Shown one piece after another: positions 1 through 11,960 of a stretch of DNA of 64,000 bases. The stretch comes from Hydrolagus colliei (Eukaryota). The stretch covers positions 3,348,001 through 3,412,000 of the forward strand of contig CM068748.1 in NCBI GenBank assembly GCA_035084275.1. The letters are read 5' to 3'. The number at the start of each line of letters is the position of its first letter. Position 1 is the stretch's first letter. The position numbers and the translations under genes are program-made. The notes under the pieces are model-generated. The model worked only from the letters and a program-made list of their open reading frames with translations. It was not told where the DNA came from and did not search any database.

Positions 1-629
1 TTAGGTTATGCAGAGCAAAAATTTCACCTCAACTCTATGCTTTAGTTCAACACATACCTCTGTGGATTTAGCTGATTGATATGCAAATGGAACAATTATT
101 GTAGTTATTATTACTGTATAATTTAAGATTCTGCAGTCAAACCTGAACCCGTGGCTAAAGCCAAGAAAAAATACAGGTTTTTTGTACTGAAATGTTTGAA
201 GGGAGAGTGCATGAAAAAGATAACCTGAGTCAAGCCTTTAAAAATTTTTAATTTGACTCCTTGAATAAACAAAGGAAATATATTGATACCTTAAAAAAAA
301 TTGTTGGCAGAATAATATCCAATTTTCCACAATCCAATAACACAAGCTGTCTTGTGGAATCATGCTAATGTTTGCAAAAAATTCAGGTTAAGCAAGAGAA
401 GACAACATGGTCGAATTTATGAGCATTAGAAAGTACCAGTCAAGCAGATCTTAGGGCAGTACTTTGGAAATGAGGAGTTTAAGTCATTTGGCAGCAATAT
501 GAATGTTTCCATGGAGTCTCAAGTCACAAGAGTGTCAAGAAGAGCAAATAGAGTATTCTTCTCATGAAGAAGTAGTGCCTCCTTGAGGTGACGTGCAATA
601 TATCCCCAGAATAAAGTAAATAACAAAAC

Positions 630-750
630 TGATAATAATAATAATGATCCTTGCATTTGAGATGGCTTCCTGATCTCAAGACAGCTCAAAGTGCTTCATA
701 GGATACACTGTAAAATGCAGTGACTATATTTTGAGGGGATTGCAGATTTA
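630..750 (-). mobile_element. SINE 3' fragment
   Basis: (taa)n tccttgcatttga..ctcaaagtgcttca..tacactgtaaa = reverse complement of the SINE tail. Confidence 0.7.
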
Positions 751-1172
751 GTCTGAGGAAGAAATTAAGTAACATAATAAAACTACTACATTCAATTTTA
801 CAAAGTGGGTCAGAGTTTCTGGTTTTTATTAACGTTGAGATGCTGAAAGTTAATTTGGGTTGAATGTTTGGGACCAATAACGGAAATGGAGGGATCCCTT
901 GTGTTCTCTATCAATGATACTGTCAACAAGGATAGTGTTTTGGGTTGTTTTGTTGGAACTGAGTGGAGATTCCATGTTGGCCATTTACATTCAGCAAAGA
1001 CTAGAATCTTTCACTCTTTATCAGAAAAATTTCAGGCTCAGGATCCGGAGATGGGAGGATTTATTGAGCCGTGTAGTCAGTTTCCATTTCTGTCAGTTTC
1101 AAGTCATTCGAACACTTAAGGGATGGGCAGATCCAGTTCAGATCATTCACTCTTTCTATGTTCACTACTCAC

Positions 1173-1257
1173 CATAACAATCCCTCCTGACTGCTCTGCT
1201 GTGCACATGCTCATTATAGGTGCCATGCCAATGGTCGTTCCCTGGAAGTACACTCCA
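1173..1257 (-). CDS. ADAM12: ADAM12 coding exon (exon 10 equivalent); (S)GVYFQGTTIGMAPIMSMCTAEQSGGIVM
   Basis: 85 bp, acceptor attccag|T, donor ATG|gtgagt. Nearly identical to human ADAM12. The next exon, carrying the HExxH zinc motif, lies left of the window. Confidence 0.96.
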
Positions 1258-1331
1258 CTGGAATACATAACAACAGACTGAGTCATGTTTCGTAGTGAAA
1301 TAATCTGCTTAATTCTCCTTTATTTTAAAGC

Positions 1332-1460
1332 AATAATCCTTGCATTTCAAGCAGCATCTTGTCACTTTATCAAACCATCTCAGAGGGCTTCGCAGGGTTT
1401 ACTGTAAAGTGTGATGACTCTATATATTGTAAGTGATTGCCTACAAACAGCCATGACGTT
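1332..1460 (-). mobile_element. SINE 3' fragment
   Basis: aataatccttgcatttcaa..tctcagagggcttc..tactgtaaagtg. Confidence 0.65.
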
Positions 1461-2905
1461 TATGCCCAATTTCATATCGTTGGCTAGGAAACGGGAAGAA
1501 AATGATTGAATGTATTATGGGTGATTCAACCCCCAAGGTCTCCTCTCTCCCTGTATGGAATTGTTCAGACCTTTCAAATTGTATTGCAAGGATCATACAT
1601 TTGTTTTATGGCAAGCTTTGCCTGTAGATCTGTACCTAGAATCTTTGATACACATCTCAGTGAAGCTGCTACTCACTGTGTCACCATTTAAATTGATTTG
1701 AAAATGACTCACCCTCCTGATGTTATATAATGCGACTGAAATTTCTGAGCAATAATGTTGTCTTTGGTGGTCGAATACCAAAGGACAAATAACATGATAG
1801 TCAACCAGTAAATCAAAGTAAATAAAGTCACTATTATTTGCAGCCACAGTGCACCGATTATATACCTCATGCTGTTGATCTATGCAAATTGAAAACATTT
1901 TGCAAGTCTAGCTATTATAAAACAGTTCACTCTGTGATAAACTTAATTGCCTCCCTCTGCTCTTTAAATATGAAATTACTGCTCTGATAAACTAAAGTGC
2001 AGTTCTGCATGGGATACTACGTAAATGAAACCTAAAAAATTAGCCAATCAGTGTGGGTCAGTTCAATCTGTTTAAATACCTACCTCATCTGATTAGGCGT
2101 TGCCCTTTCGAAACCATTAGAAAACAACTGAATTTTAAGTGGTACAAAAAAAAATCCTAACTAATTGTTGTTCGTGTTTATGCATTATGCAAATAGCAAA
2201 ACAGAAGAGGTTTGATGTTATATGAGGACTCCAAACTATTTTATTTTGCATGCTGATAGAAGGGAAAGGGTAATTGATATTATCGATGGACTGCCACTTT
2301 TTGCACCGAAAACATTATCACTTTGGCTGAAACAAATTAATTGTTACCACAGTTAATAGTGTTCGTTCTGGTAAATTAAAATATTTTGAGGATTATTCTG
2401 TTCCATTTAGCAAATTCATTGCGTTGCATTAAATGCTGTTCTAATATGTTCCATCAATTTGGCAAAAGTATCTTATCAATAACAGTAATGCAGTTTTAAC
2501 TTTTGAATAACATTGCATTATATACATGGAACTATACACTTGAATTGCAATTGCAGTTATATAAGTACCCAGGGCCAAATTTGTGAAACTTAGCAAGTGA
2601 GATACAATAGTGCTTAGCCCCAAGCAATACATTTATAACAAGGATCATACAGAACAGAATATCCTCTATTCAATTTCTTCCCACCCCACCCACAATAAAA
2701 AGTAAAACTCCCAGAACACTGAAGATAAATCAAATGAAATCTTGCAGTGTTTTCCCTAATAGTAAATGTAACATTCGACAACCTTACATACATAATCATT
2801 TCATACGTAGTAGAAATAAGAATCGTAGATTAATTTTAGTCAGCACACTGGTTTCTGGTTTCCTTCCCTGCGGTCAAAACCTTTGATCAGCTGTTAAAAG
2901 TCATT

Positions 2906-3303
2906 GTGGAGTCTTGTAGCTCAGAGATTGGAGCACTTGCCTCGCAAGCGATGCTGGGTTCAATACCCTGCAGGGTGAAATGTTGGGCAATTCTCCTTAC
3001 TCCACACGCTTCTGTTTACCCAGTAATAAGTAGGAACCCGATTGGGGTATTTATTTTCCGGGGGTAATAATTGCTTAAAAAAAATAAATTGATCCCTGCA
3101 ATCTACAACTGTTTTGTGAAGGAAACGTGGCAGCCAATTGCGCACAACTGTGCGCAATTGGCTGCCACGTTTCCTTCACAAAATATGTAGTCAAATCACT
3201 TTACAGTACAGTATATTCGCTGAAATGCTTTGAGATGTCTCGAAGATGTGATTAAGTGCTATATCAAATGCAAGGATTGTTCTTCCACTATTATTATTAT
3301 TAT
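2906..3303 (+). mobile_element. tRNA-derived SINE, long variant, with internal perfect inverted duplication
   Basis: A box tagctcag..tgg, B box ggttcaatacc, shared tail ..gctttgagatgtc..gctatatcaaatgcaagga(TTA)n. Confidence 0.9.
3112..3183. repeat. Perfect 35-bp inverted repeat with 2-nt spacer
   Basis: ttttgtgaaggaaacgtggcagccaattgcgcaca-ac-tgtgcgcaattggctgccacgtttccttcacaaaa. Confidence 0.97.
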
Positions 3304-4400
3304 CTGAAGGCAATCTGCAACAATGATTATGAACAATTAGACTGCAAGGCACAGAGTGGTAGATCAAAGTGTTTACGTTTATGTGGGATGGTTGCATGTA
3401 ATCTGACACCCTTTCCTCAGAAAACACTAAGACAAGTATATTTCCTGCAAATACACTTGATACAAACACATCATTCGCACAGTGATTCAATCTTTGGCAG
3501 GAGTGGCATTTTTGGTCACTAAGAATTTAATCAGTATAGTGTCCTCTCATTTTTAAAAGGAGGAAGCAGAATTTAATGGCTCGTTTCCTGCTAAGTTTAC
3601 AGATAATTAAATTTTACACGGATCCGTAAACGGGACACTTGTCTACCCCATCAGGTGTGTATTCTGGAAGTATGAGATCAAATGGGTCGATCAGCCTTCT
3701 TCATCAGAACCTCTCATGTGACCTTATCAACATTATCAAAATATTTGGGGTGGGGTTACGCTTAATCTCAGTCATTTTAGGAGATTTATAATTCTTTTCC
3801 TCTGACTCAATTTTCCTTCTGACTGTATTTTGAAGCTTTTTCCCCTCTCTCCTTATGGATTGAGCTACGACTCTGAATTGCATACACCCACAGTCTCAGT
3901 TTTCCCTTCTGCTCTGCCTGCTCCTCAGTTGCCTCCGAATTTAATTTCACTGCTTCTAATCCTTGCAGCGATAACCTTGCCCCATGATGCAAATGTGTAA
4001 TTGGGTTTTATCATCGTTACAGAACATTATCATGATCCAAGTCACTGAGTATTACTATTAATTCTCTGATGTCGTACACGATAGAATACCGTGTAGTGTT
4101 TGGGGTGGAAATGGGGAGGCGGGAAAGCAGAGTAGGACTGTTTCAAGGTTGAAAAGACCGAGACAGAAGGCTGAGATGAACGTTCAGTTATTTTTATGAT
4201 AAAAATAATAATTTAGAAAATGCCTTTGAATTTTGACATGTGCGTTGAAAGGATAAAGGGTTGTCTGAGATCCAATCACGAACAACCCCTGTAGCCAAGA
4301 TAGCAGTCTAACTTTCGTAGGAGAAGTTAATTATGCTTGTTGTAACTTTAGACTTCATCTTGATTCTGCAAGCAGTGCAGAATAAATAATCCTTACCTAC

Positions 4401-4570
4401 CTCACTAGCTGAGCATTGTCATGTGGTTTACGTGAGAGCAGCTTCAATTTCCTCCAGTCAAGAAATTCATTCAGTGTGGTGAAAGGATCCCCTGTTATTG
4501 AACATTTGTCCATATCGTTCCAAACTTCCACTCCAACAAGAGCAACACGTATGTTCAAAGGTCTGTAGAA
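4401..4570 (-). CDS. ADAM12: ADAM12 coding exon (exon 9 equivalent); FYRPLNIRVALVGVEVWNDMDKCSITGDPFTTLNEFLDWRKLKLLSRKPHDNAQLV(S)
   Basis: 170 bp, acceptor ttttgcag|TTC, donor GTGAG|gtagg. FYRPLNIR and NDMDKC are ADAM12-type rather than ADAM19-type. Confidence 0.96.
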
Positions 4571-5412
4571 CTGCAAAAAATAATTACTGTAACAAAAGGA
4601 TCGCGAAGACAGCAATTTAGCTAAGAATAGTTCGCTTCCATTTATAACCTTGGAAGCTATTAAAACTCCAATTCCCATTAGAAATAAAAACCTTGTAACT
4701 TGTCATAACATACAAACTGCGCTTTTACATTCAAATGTCAAAAATACAATCAATTGAAAGCCAGACAAGAATCAGAAAGTTCAAAACTCTTATGAGCTCC
4801 TGGGTGGTATTTTGTGAAACAAGACTAAACCAATCTATCAGAATTCCCATGCTCTGTGTCATGTTGGTGTTGCAACCCTCCCCGTGAGCACTCCAACCTC
4901 AACAGCTCAGATTGGTGTCTGAAGGAATAAGGCAAAATGCTCTGTGGGGAGAAGAGATGTCTCAAACCTCACCGACGGAAGTCTAACAGGGTTTCTGCTG
5001 ATACGTGCCTCATCAATCACAGTGAGAACATAAATAACAGAAACAAGAGGCAAGAGGTAAAGACTGGAAAGTGTAAGAACAGAGAGCTGCTTTGACAAAT
5101 GGCCTTTTGGTTGACATGTCTCTTCAGCGGCTAGACCAACCATTATTGACAATCTTTGATTGGCCATGATTGCTGACAAGAGGACTTTGAAACAGTGCAA
5201 TAACCTCCAGGGAGATATGTTCTGATAAAGATGTATTGACTTGGCCCTACAATGGTGAAACCCAATGTAGGGAGACACAAATAAGTAAGGCATTGGTTTG
5301 GGAATCACCGTACATTTGTATCATGCAGCAAGACTTCATTTATTGCCTGCAATGTTCACCTTGATTCTGAGAAAAAAAACTTCTGCATAAAAATATTTAG
5401 CTGTATGCTTAC

Positions 5413-5484
5413 CTTATCCACAAAATTCCCAATCTCTATCAGTCTCTGTTTAGTCTTTTCCAAATCCTTCCCTTGCTTCTGAAA
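5413..5484 (-). CDS. ADAM12: ADAM12 coding exon (exon 8 equivalent); FQKQGKDLEKTKQRLIEIGNFVDK
   Basis: 72 bp, acceptor ttttaag|TTT, donor AAG|gtaag. Very close to human FQRQGKDLEKVKQRLIEIANHVDK (recalled). Confidence 0.96.
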
Positions 5485-5883
5485 CTTAAAATGGAGGCAA
5501 CAATGAAGTTCTTAGTTGTTTTTCATTAAACACAAGTTGAAATCACATTGGATTGGCTTTTAAGAAACATTATAAACTGCTCTGACTTTAATGACCTATG
5601 TAAAAGATGAAGTGACCTCAAACAAACCATGTATCCAATAGGCCTAGGTTACTTTGACTCTAATAAGTAGTTTGCCAGTAAATGTGCATTTATGATGGGG
5701 AGAAAGAGCAGACTTGTCTCATATTTTAAGTTTCTACTGAGCTTTACAAAATACATATGATTCAGGTATGTTTCATTTGGTTCATAGTTTTCTGTAGGGA
5801 AATGCTATATGCATCAGATTGGAGAGACAGTTGTGCACATTTGGAATAGACCACATATAAGGTGCAAAGATGAATGGGTGGGA

Positions 5884-5970
5884 TGTGTGTGTGTGTGTAT
5901 GTATGTACTCAATGTATGTGTGTGTGTGTATATATGTATGTATGTATGTATGTGTGTGTGCTTGTGTGTG
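5884..5970. repeat. Compound (GT)n/(GTAT)n microsatellite
   Basis: Direct inspection. Confidence 0.95.
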
Positions 5971-6829
5971 AAATATGGGTGTCCTGTATCTCACGTCAAC
6001 TTGTGCTGTCAGCTTAAAGCTGAGGATCTCTGTACCGAGTTCTCGTGAATTGCTGTGATGTACAAGGGTTGCAATCAGGAAACACTTTATGCTCTGAAGT
6101 GCTGTTTACCAAAGTGAGATCCTAATTATGCTGTTGTTTTCCCAATAAATGTGTTTTTAACCTCACTTCATACATTTTAGGAGATAAATTCAAGGTGTTA
6201 ATTCCCTCTTCGAAGTTGGAGGGAGGGCGTGAAATGAAATGCAGAGTGCAACATCTATGACTGTAACTAAAGCAGGTGAAATGCACCAGGAGCATTATGC
6301 TACAGTCAATAAACAATGGAATGGGTACAGAAGAAAGTTATACAGTCTGTTATTGGTTAATGTTTCTCAATAAGTCCAAAATTACACGTCTTCCTGTTAA
6401 AGCCAGACGACAAGCCACACGTTTTCTATTATATTCCAGTTTGTAGACAAAGAACAATGACAATGGCATTTTTTGGGGAAACTATTAGCCAATAAAATGT
6501 TGATAAATGCTGGTTACATCTGGGTTCTAATTATCAAACAAATAAAAAAGATGCAACAACAAATCACTGTGGAATGCAGAGTGAAAACTGTGCAAGTGGT
6601 AAACAAATCAAAGCATCCTTCAAAATACACCTATGAAAATGGTTGAATAATTCGCAACCAAGTGAATGCTGAAGGCAATGTGGTTTCCAAGATCAATTTA
6701 ATTATGCTGAAGTAGTTATTCAGGATTCAGGATGCACCTGCATTTTGAGCAAAACAAATAAACAGAAATACAGCCAATTCCCAAGAGGAAGCAAGGTTTG
6801 ATATTGAGTACAGTATTTAGCAGTCCTAC

Positions 6830-6895
6830 CTCTCGATTGTCTGCTACTATAATTAGTTCCACGTACTTTGTGGTCTTCGATATGTCTCTTTTGTG
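6830..6895 (-). CDS. ADAM12: ADAM12 coding exon (exon 7 equivalent); HKRDISKTTKYVELIIVADNRE, furin site R|HKR and start of the metalloprotease domain
   Basis: 66 bp, acceptor ttgcag|CAC, donor GAG|gtagg. KYVELxIVADNRE reprolysin motif. Confidence 0.96.
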
Positions 6896-7984
6896 CTGCA
6901 ATATCAAGGTACAGATCATGAGTTGATTTCTAAAATCCTTCTGAAAATCGATTGATCTATTTTTTTGAAAATAAGAAAGAGCATAATAAATGAAAGCAAG
7001 TCAGTTGGATGATATCAAAATACTCAAAAGTGATGTGATGTCAGGATGAAGCACTAATATCTTCCACACTTCTGGCTGATGAAGTTGGAATAATTTCGAT
7101 TTGGCTGAGAATGAGCAAAATTAATTTGAAAAGAGGTAGGTTTGCCAATCCTGGGTGAAATCCAACCTTCATACCGTGAGAACATGGCAATACACTTCAT
7201 TGTATGTCACAGCTATGGTTATGGCACAGACTCAATGGGAAGAATGGCCTTCTTTTGCATTAAACTTGCAATATTCTTACATTATCCATGTAATAGGCAC
7301 TGAAACACACAAGCCCGCATAAATGGCTCTATAAAAATGCAAGTTGTTGGCTGTGTTCTATTTTGTGACAATTATGAATTCCGAAGAGTGTATATTTTCT
7401 TAGGGCATGGGTCAGTCTCTATTACGCTCCCTCCAACTGAATCGGGCCACAGAGACAAGATTAATGGGGTGCAGGTGGGGAATAGCAGATCTAAACATTC
7501 TCCCTCTGAGGCAGAACAATGAACCCATGACATCGAGCAACACTGCCAGGCACACAATGTTCTCCTTATCTTAAAAAGTAACTGCTGCTGTCTTCTGACC
7601 TGAAGTTCAGCAAACCTGGGCCCAATCCCACATTGCTGTGATCGCCTGGGTTTAATTAACTGGAAGAAGAGTTACCAGATTGGTTGTGTGTTTTTTTAAA
7701 AAAAAATCTCCCTTTGAAAAAAATTGCTGACTATTGAAGAAAGGTTTCCAACTCCACCCCACTTTGCTAAGTTTCCCATAAAGCAAGATGTACCATTGCT
7801 ACGGCAAACTGCCAGGATAAACAGCCATATAAATTAAATCTGCTGGAAATGTGTCACAGAGGTGACTTATTGTGATATAATTACATTAGGAAGTTCTTTA
7901 TGGAAAGCTTCTTAAAACATCATTGCTACTTGACCACACATTGTAAGTCATATTTTATTCCCTTGAATAAATAGTTTAACCTAC

Positions 7985-8171
7985 CCTTGTAGAAGAGTTT
8001 TGAAAGGATTCGACGATGTTGTCCATTGCATTGCCTGACATCCTGAAGCTATGTCCACAAGTTCCTCCAGTGATCTGAAGATTCTCTGCTCTGTAGATCA
8101 AGTGTGTGTTGTCTATAGCACCTTCAATAGGCTCCAATATATATGTTTTATTTTCAAGTGAAACAAATCCC
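7985..8171 (-). CDS. ADAM12: ADAM12 coding exon (exon 6 equivalent), prodomain with cysteine-switch-like GTCG; (R)GFVSLENKTYILEP...GGTCGHS...NSSTR
   Basis: 187 bp, acceptor gaatag|G, donor AGG|gtagg. Phase joins exon 5 (AG+G=Arg). Lies within ORF 7976..8179. Confidence 0.95.
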
Positions 8172-8259
8172 CTATTCAAAGAAAATAGATACTTTGTGAT
8201 CAGAAGGAAATGTCAACTGAGCTGCAATAATAGAACTGATTACAGTACTTTGGTGATCT

Positions 8260-8322
8260 ATTCCAGCGCCTTGGGACGTCCTCCCGACGTGAAAGGCACC
8301 ATACAAATGTTGTTGTTGTTGT
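8260..8322 (+). mobile_element. Isolated L2 3' tail
   Basis: agcgccttgggacgtcctcccgacgtgaaaggc..(TTG)n, near-identical to the 3' end of the L2 at 19723. Confidence 0.85.
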
Positions 8323-9777
8323 AATGGGATTATATTTTATTTCTCTAATGGCTTCATTTGGAATTTTCGCAACATATCTCAAACTGAGATTCACAACCAG
8401 TGACTCATATCCAGTTTGTAAATATCATAGTTTAGAAAACCAAGGACTACTGAAAAAACAATTTATCGAATGAAGTTAGTTTGATGAAGCATCTTACAAA
8501 TAGACTTACAAATCTAGTTATTCTTTTTACAGCAAGTTCACTTGTTAATGGGAGTGAAACAAACTGAGGACTGTGCAAGCAACATCTAGTGCAGTAGCCA
8601 TTCCACCTAAGGTTAGCAAAAGAGGAGAATCTAACTTACAAAAAAGGGGTACAAATCCACCTGCGCCAGGATTTACTCTTATTAACAGATCATTTCATTT
8701 GATAAATTCTTAAATACAGCCAGAATTTTGAAGTAGGTTGTCTATAACCTCTTTTAAGAACCATAAATAAACAGCTTTAAACTTGATAATAAATTCAATA
8801 ACTTGCTAAATCCTAGATGTGATGAAATGCTACATTTATAGAATAAATCTAGATCCAGGTAGAATTTTACTCCAGTGGATACACTCCCGTTCATTTCTAC
8901 ATGTTACACTAGCTTTGTTCTCACGCAATCGAATCTTGAAATTTTAATTTAATGACTCAAAATGTCAATACCATTCCTCAATCACGTAATGATCTTGAGG
9001 AATGTAACAGTTTTATATGGATATCTTTGGGGAAATACACAAAACTCAGTGTGCAAACGCAAACTGCCAACTAATTAACATCCAATTTTCAAAAGAGTTT
9101 GGTAAACATTTGGATAGCGTTCAGATTGTGGATAGATAACATTTTTGACTTCGCTTTTTGGCAGGCATACAAAAGTCTCTACAGGACTTCAAATGATTTT
9201 TTTGCTACCTCATCATTTACTATGGCTGAAAATAAATGTTCTCAGTGGTTAGTATTTGTTAAGAGGTGACCAAAATGTTTGCTGCAGCACTTTCTAGTCC
9301 CTTAGTGGATTATCCTTATTGAGAACCCAATTATATTCAATAAATCAACAAATTTCAGGAAACCATAAAGCATAAAGGGGCCTTTGTATTTTTCAACTGT
9401 GAGAGACCCTGATTTGATTTGATCTAATGGACCACGCTTACTTGCGAATAAAGTGCCAATATAAACTGTCTGCTTGTACTCCTTAAATCAGTACTTTTCT
9501 ACACTCGCCACAAATTAACATTGGTTCAAGTTTCACAGGGCACTGGACTATGAAACGTTCCTTTGATTTCTCTAGCTGCATAGCACCAAGATAGTCCATC
9601 CTGGCCTCATTTGTGGTTTCTGGATTAGACAGCAGGAATCTAATGATTTTTCCCCTCTCACTTCAAAGTTTAACGTTACTATATAATTTCTAAAATTAGA
9701 TATTGAAATATTATAAATTAAACAAGAACAGTTTACATTGATATAATGTAAACAAAATATATATGGTGATAGATACT

Positions 9778-10083
9778 GTGGAGTCCTGTAGCTCAGTGGT
9801 TAGATCACTCGCCTTACAAGCGTGAGACCTATGTTTTGAATCCAGGCAGGCCAGGGCGAAACCTTGGGCAAGTTTCCTTACTTCACACACCTAATAATAA
9901 TCCATCCCCCAAAAAAACCTATAATAAATTGGTCATTTTCAATCCACGACAGTTTGTGGGACACTGCTGTGAGCAATTGGCTGCTGAGTTTCGCCCAAAA
10001 ATATACAGTCAATTCACTTTACAGTATATTCTGTGAAGTGCTTTGAAAAGCTTTATATCAAATGCAATGATTATTATTATTAT
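9778..10083 (+). mobile_element. tRNA-derived SINE, short variant
   Basis: gtggagtcctgtagctcagtggttaga..gaatccaggc head; tgtgggacactgctgtg..ggctgc body; (TTA)n tail. Confidence 0.9.
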
Positions 10084-11279
10084 AGATGTAGGGATGAAAG
10101 AATATTGATTTTTAAATTTTACTTGATTGTCTTTGGGGATTCAGGGAATCTCTACGTGGATGTTTTGTCTGCCATTCTTCCTAGAGATGAATGTATTTAG
10201 AGTAAATGGGGAAGCTGGATCTTTGGGTACATTTTACGTGAACTGTGTTGCGACATGGCTTAATGAGGGTGAAGGGTGACATTGTGAAGAACAATGTCTT
10301 TCCTCATTGAACACTTTCTTATGTACTTCTGGTGTCCTTGGGATGTCCTCCCAATGCTATATAAATAAAATTTGTTGTTTTTGTGTTTCATGATTGGGTA
10401 GCGTCACCAATGAGCTATCTAGCTGTTGTTTTGCTATTTAGGATGAGTCCGCTCGCCTTTTCCACTCCCCAATCTTGCCATGACAAGGCAGCAGATCCCT
10501 GATTGACTCAGATGAGATCTGACAGAACTCTGGCAATTATGAACTCTCACTGTTCAAGCAACAAATAAAGACACAGAAAAATCCAAAGTGCTGCCAAAGT
10601 TACTGATAGCTGTTTGGGCTATTTCACATTAAGAAATTTTGTAGTTGCTGTTGTTGAAAGAGGTTGTGATAGAAAAATGAAATCTAACAGATAAGATTGC
10701 TAATGACTGTTGTTTCTGTACTGGGTAAACATATAGTGGAAAATACAATATTTCTCCAAATTTTGCAGGTGAAAATCTACATTTCTAGTTTTCAAATTGT
10801 ACTGTGCATATTTGTCTTAGAATATCTGAATAGTATGGATTGAACTAATGCTTCTCATTGTCAAAAATCCATATGTTAAACTTTAAGATTTGTCAAACGA
10901 ATGTTTTGAAATGCAGGATAAATGAATGAGAAAACAAGATAAAATGAAGAATAACCGATCACATCTTTTCAGATCAGCCACCAAATGATTTGAACAACAA
11001 TAGTTTTCTTCCATCTCAGCAATGCAATGATATTGTGTGAGGTTTTAATTATACAGTGACCTTGGTGGTATCACAATCAATTAAAAATCTATAATGCTGA
11101 CATGATGTTTAACAGCGAACAACTTGAATTAATCTGTTAATAGATTAATTCATTCTGTTAATTTAATGGTTCAACCTCTCATAAAACAAGAACTGACTAT
11201 TAAAAGATAATGTTTACACAAATCTCTTTAGACAGAAGATTGCATGGATAAACGACAGATAAACAAACAACAAAATTAA

Positions 11280-11960
11280 AATATATAGTGTTTACAGTAA
11301 ACAGTGTTAATATCATTTTGGGCTTTTAATGTTAAAATAGCACGTGTTAATGTGAATAGTGTTAGTCTTGGCAGCGTAACACATTTTAAGCATTCTTATG
11401 TAAACCAGTACTAATGTAGCCAATGTTGGTCTAGGGCATATATGCAATACAGTTCACTGGATGGTGCTGATATATGTAGTATAGTGTTGGCAGTGTAGTG
11501 CTATACAGGGAGTGTTAATGCAAACAGTATTATTATAGATATCAGTTTAATTTGGCAGTGTAATAAATTATGAGCAAACTATACTGCAACAATATGGATA
11601 GCCCCAAACATAGTACAGCATACTGCCAAAAAATCCCAATATCTATAATGCTAGGAATCTATATTTATAATAAATAGGAAGTTTAACCCAGTGTGGGGCG
11701 CATTACTGCAGCCAGTGATATAAATAGTTTTGCTATATTATTGACGGTGAAATACAATGAGTGTTAATAAAATCAGTGTTGCTCAAGACAGTGCAACACA
11801 ATATAGTGTTAGCGCTGTGTTTGAAGCCAGTGTTATTGCACCAAGACCAGGCAGTGTTAATGTAGGGAGTGTTATTGGAAATGTTATTGGCACATACTCT
11901 GAAGTTTATGTTGCTATGAAATGGTAAGTATTTTCAATGGGAGGGAGCAGTTTTATGAAG
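11280..11960. repeat. Decayed minisatellite with AGTGTTAAT core
   Basis: Many agtgtt(a/g) cores, several about 15 bp apart (e.g. gcagtgttaatgtagggagtgttatt). Confidence 0.6.

Noticed and set aside
5782-6048. His/Thr- and Val/Cys-rich ORFs
   Set aside because: Translations of the GT/GTAT microsatellite.
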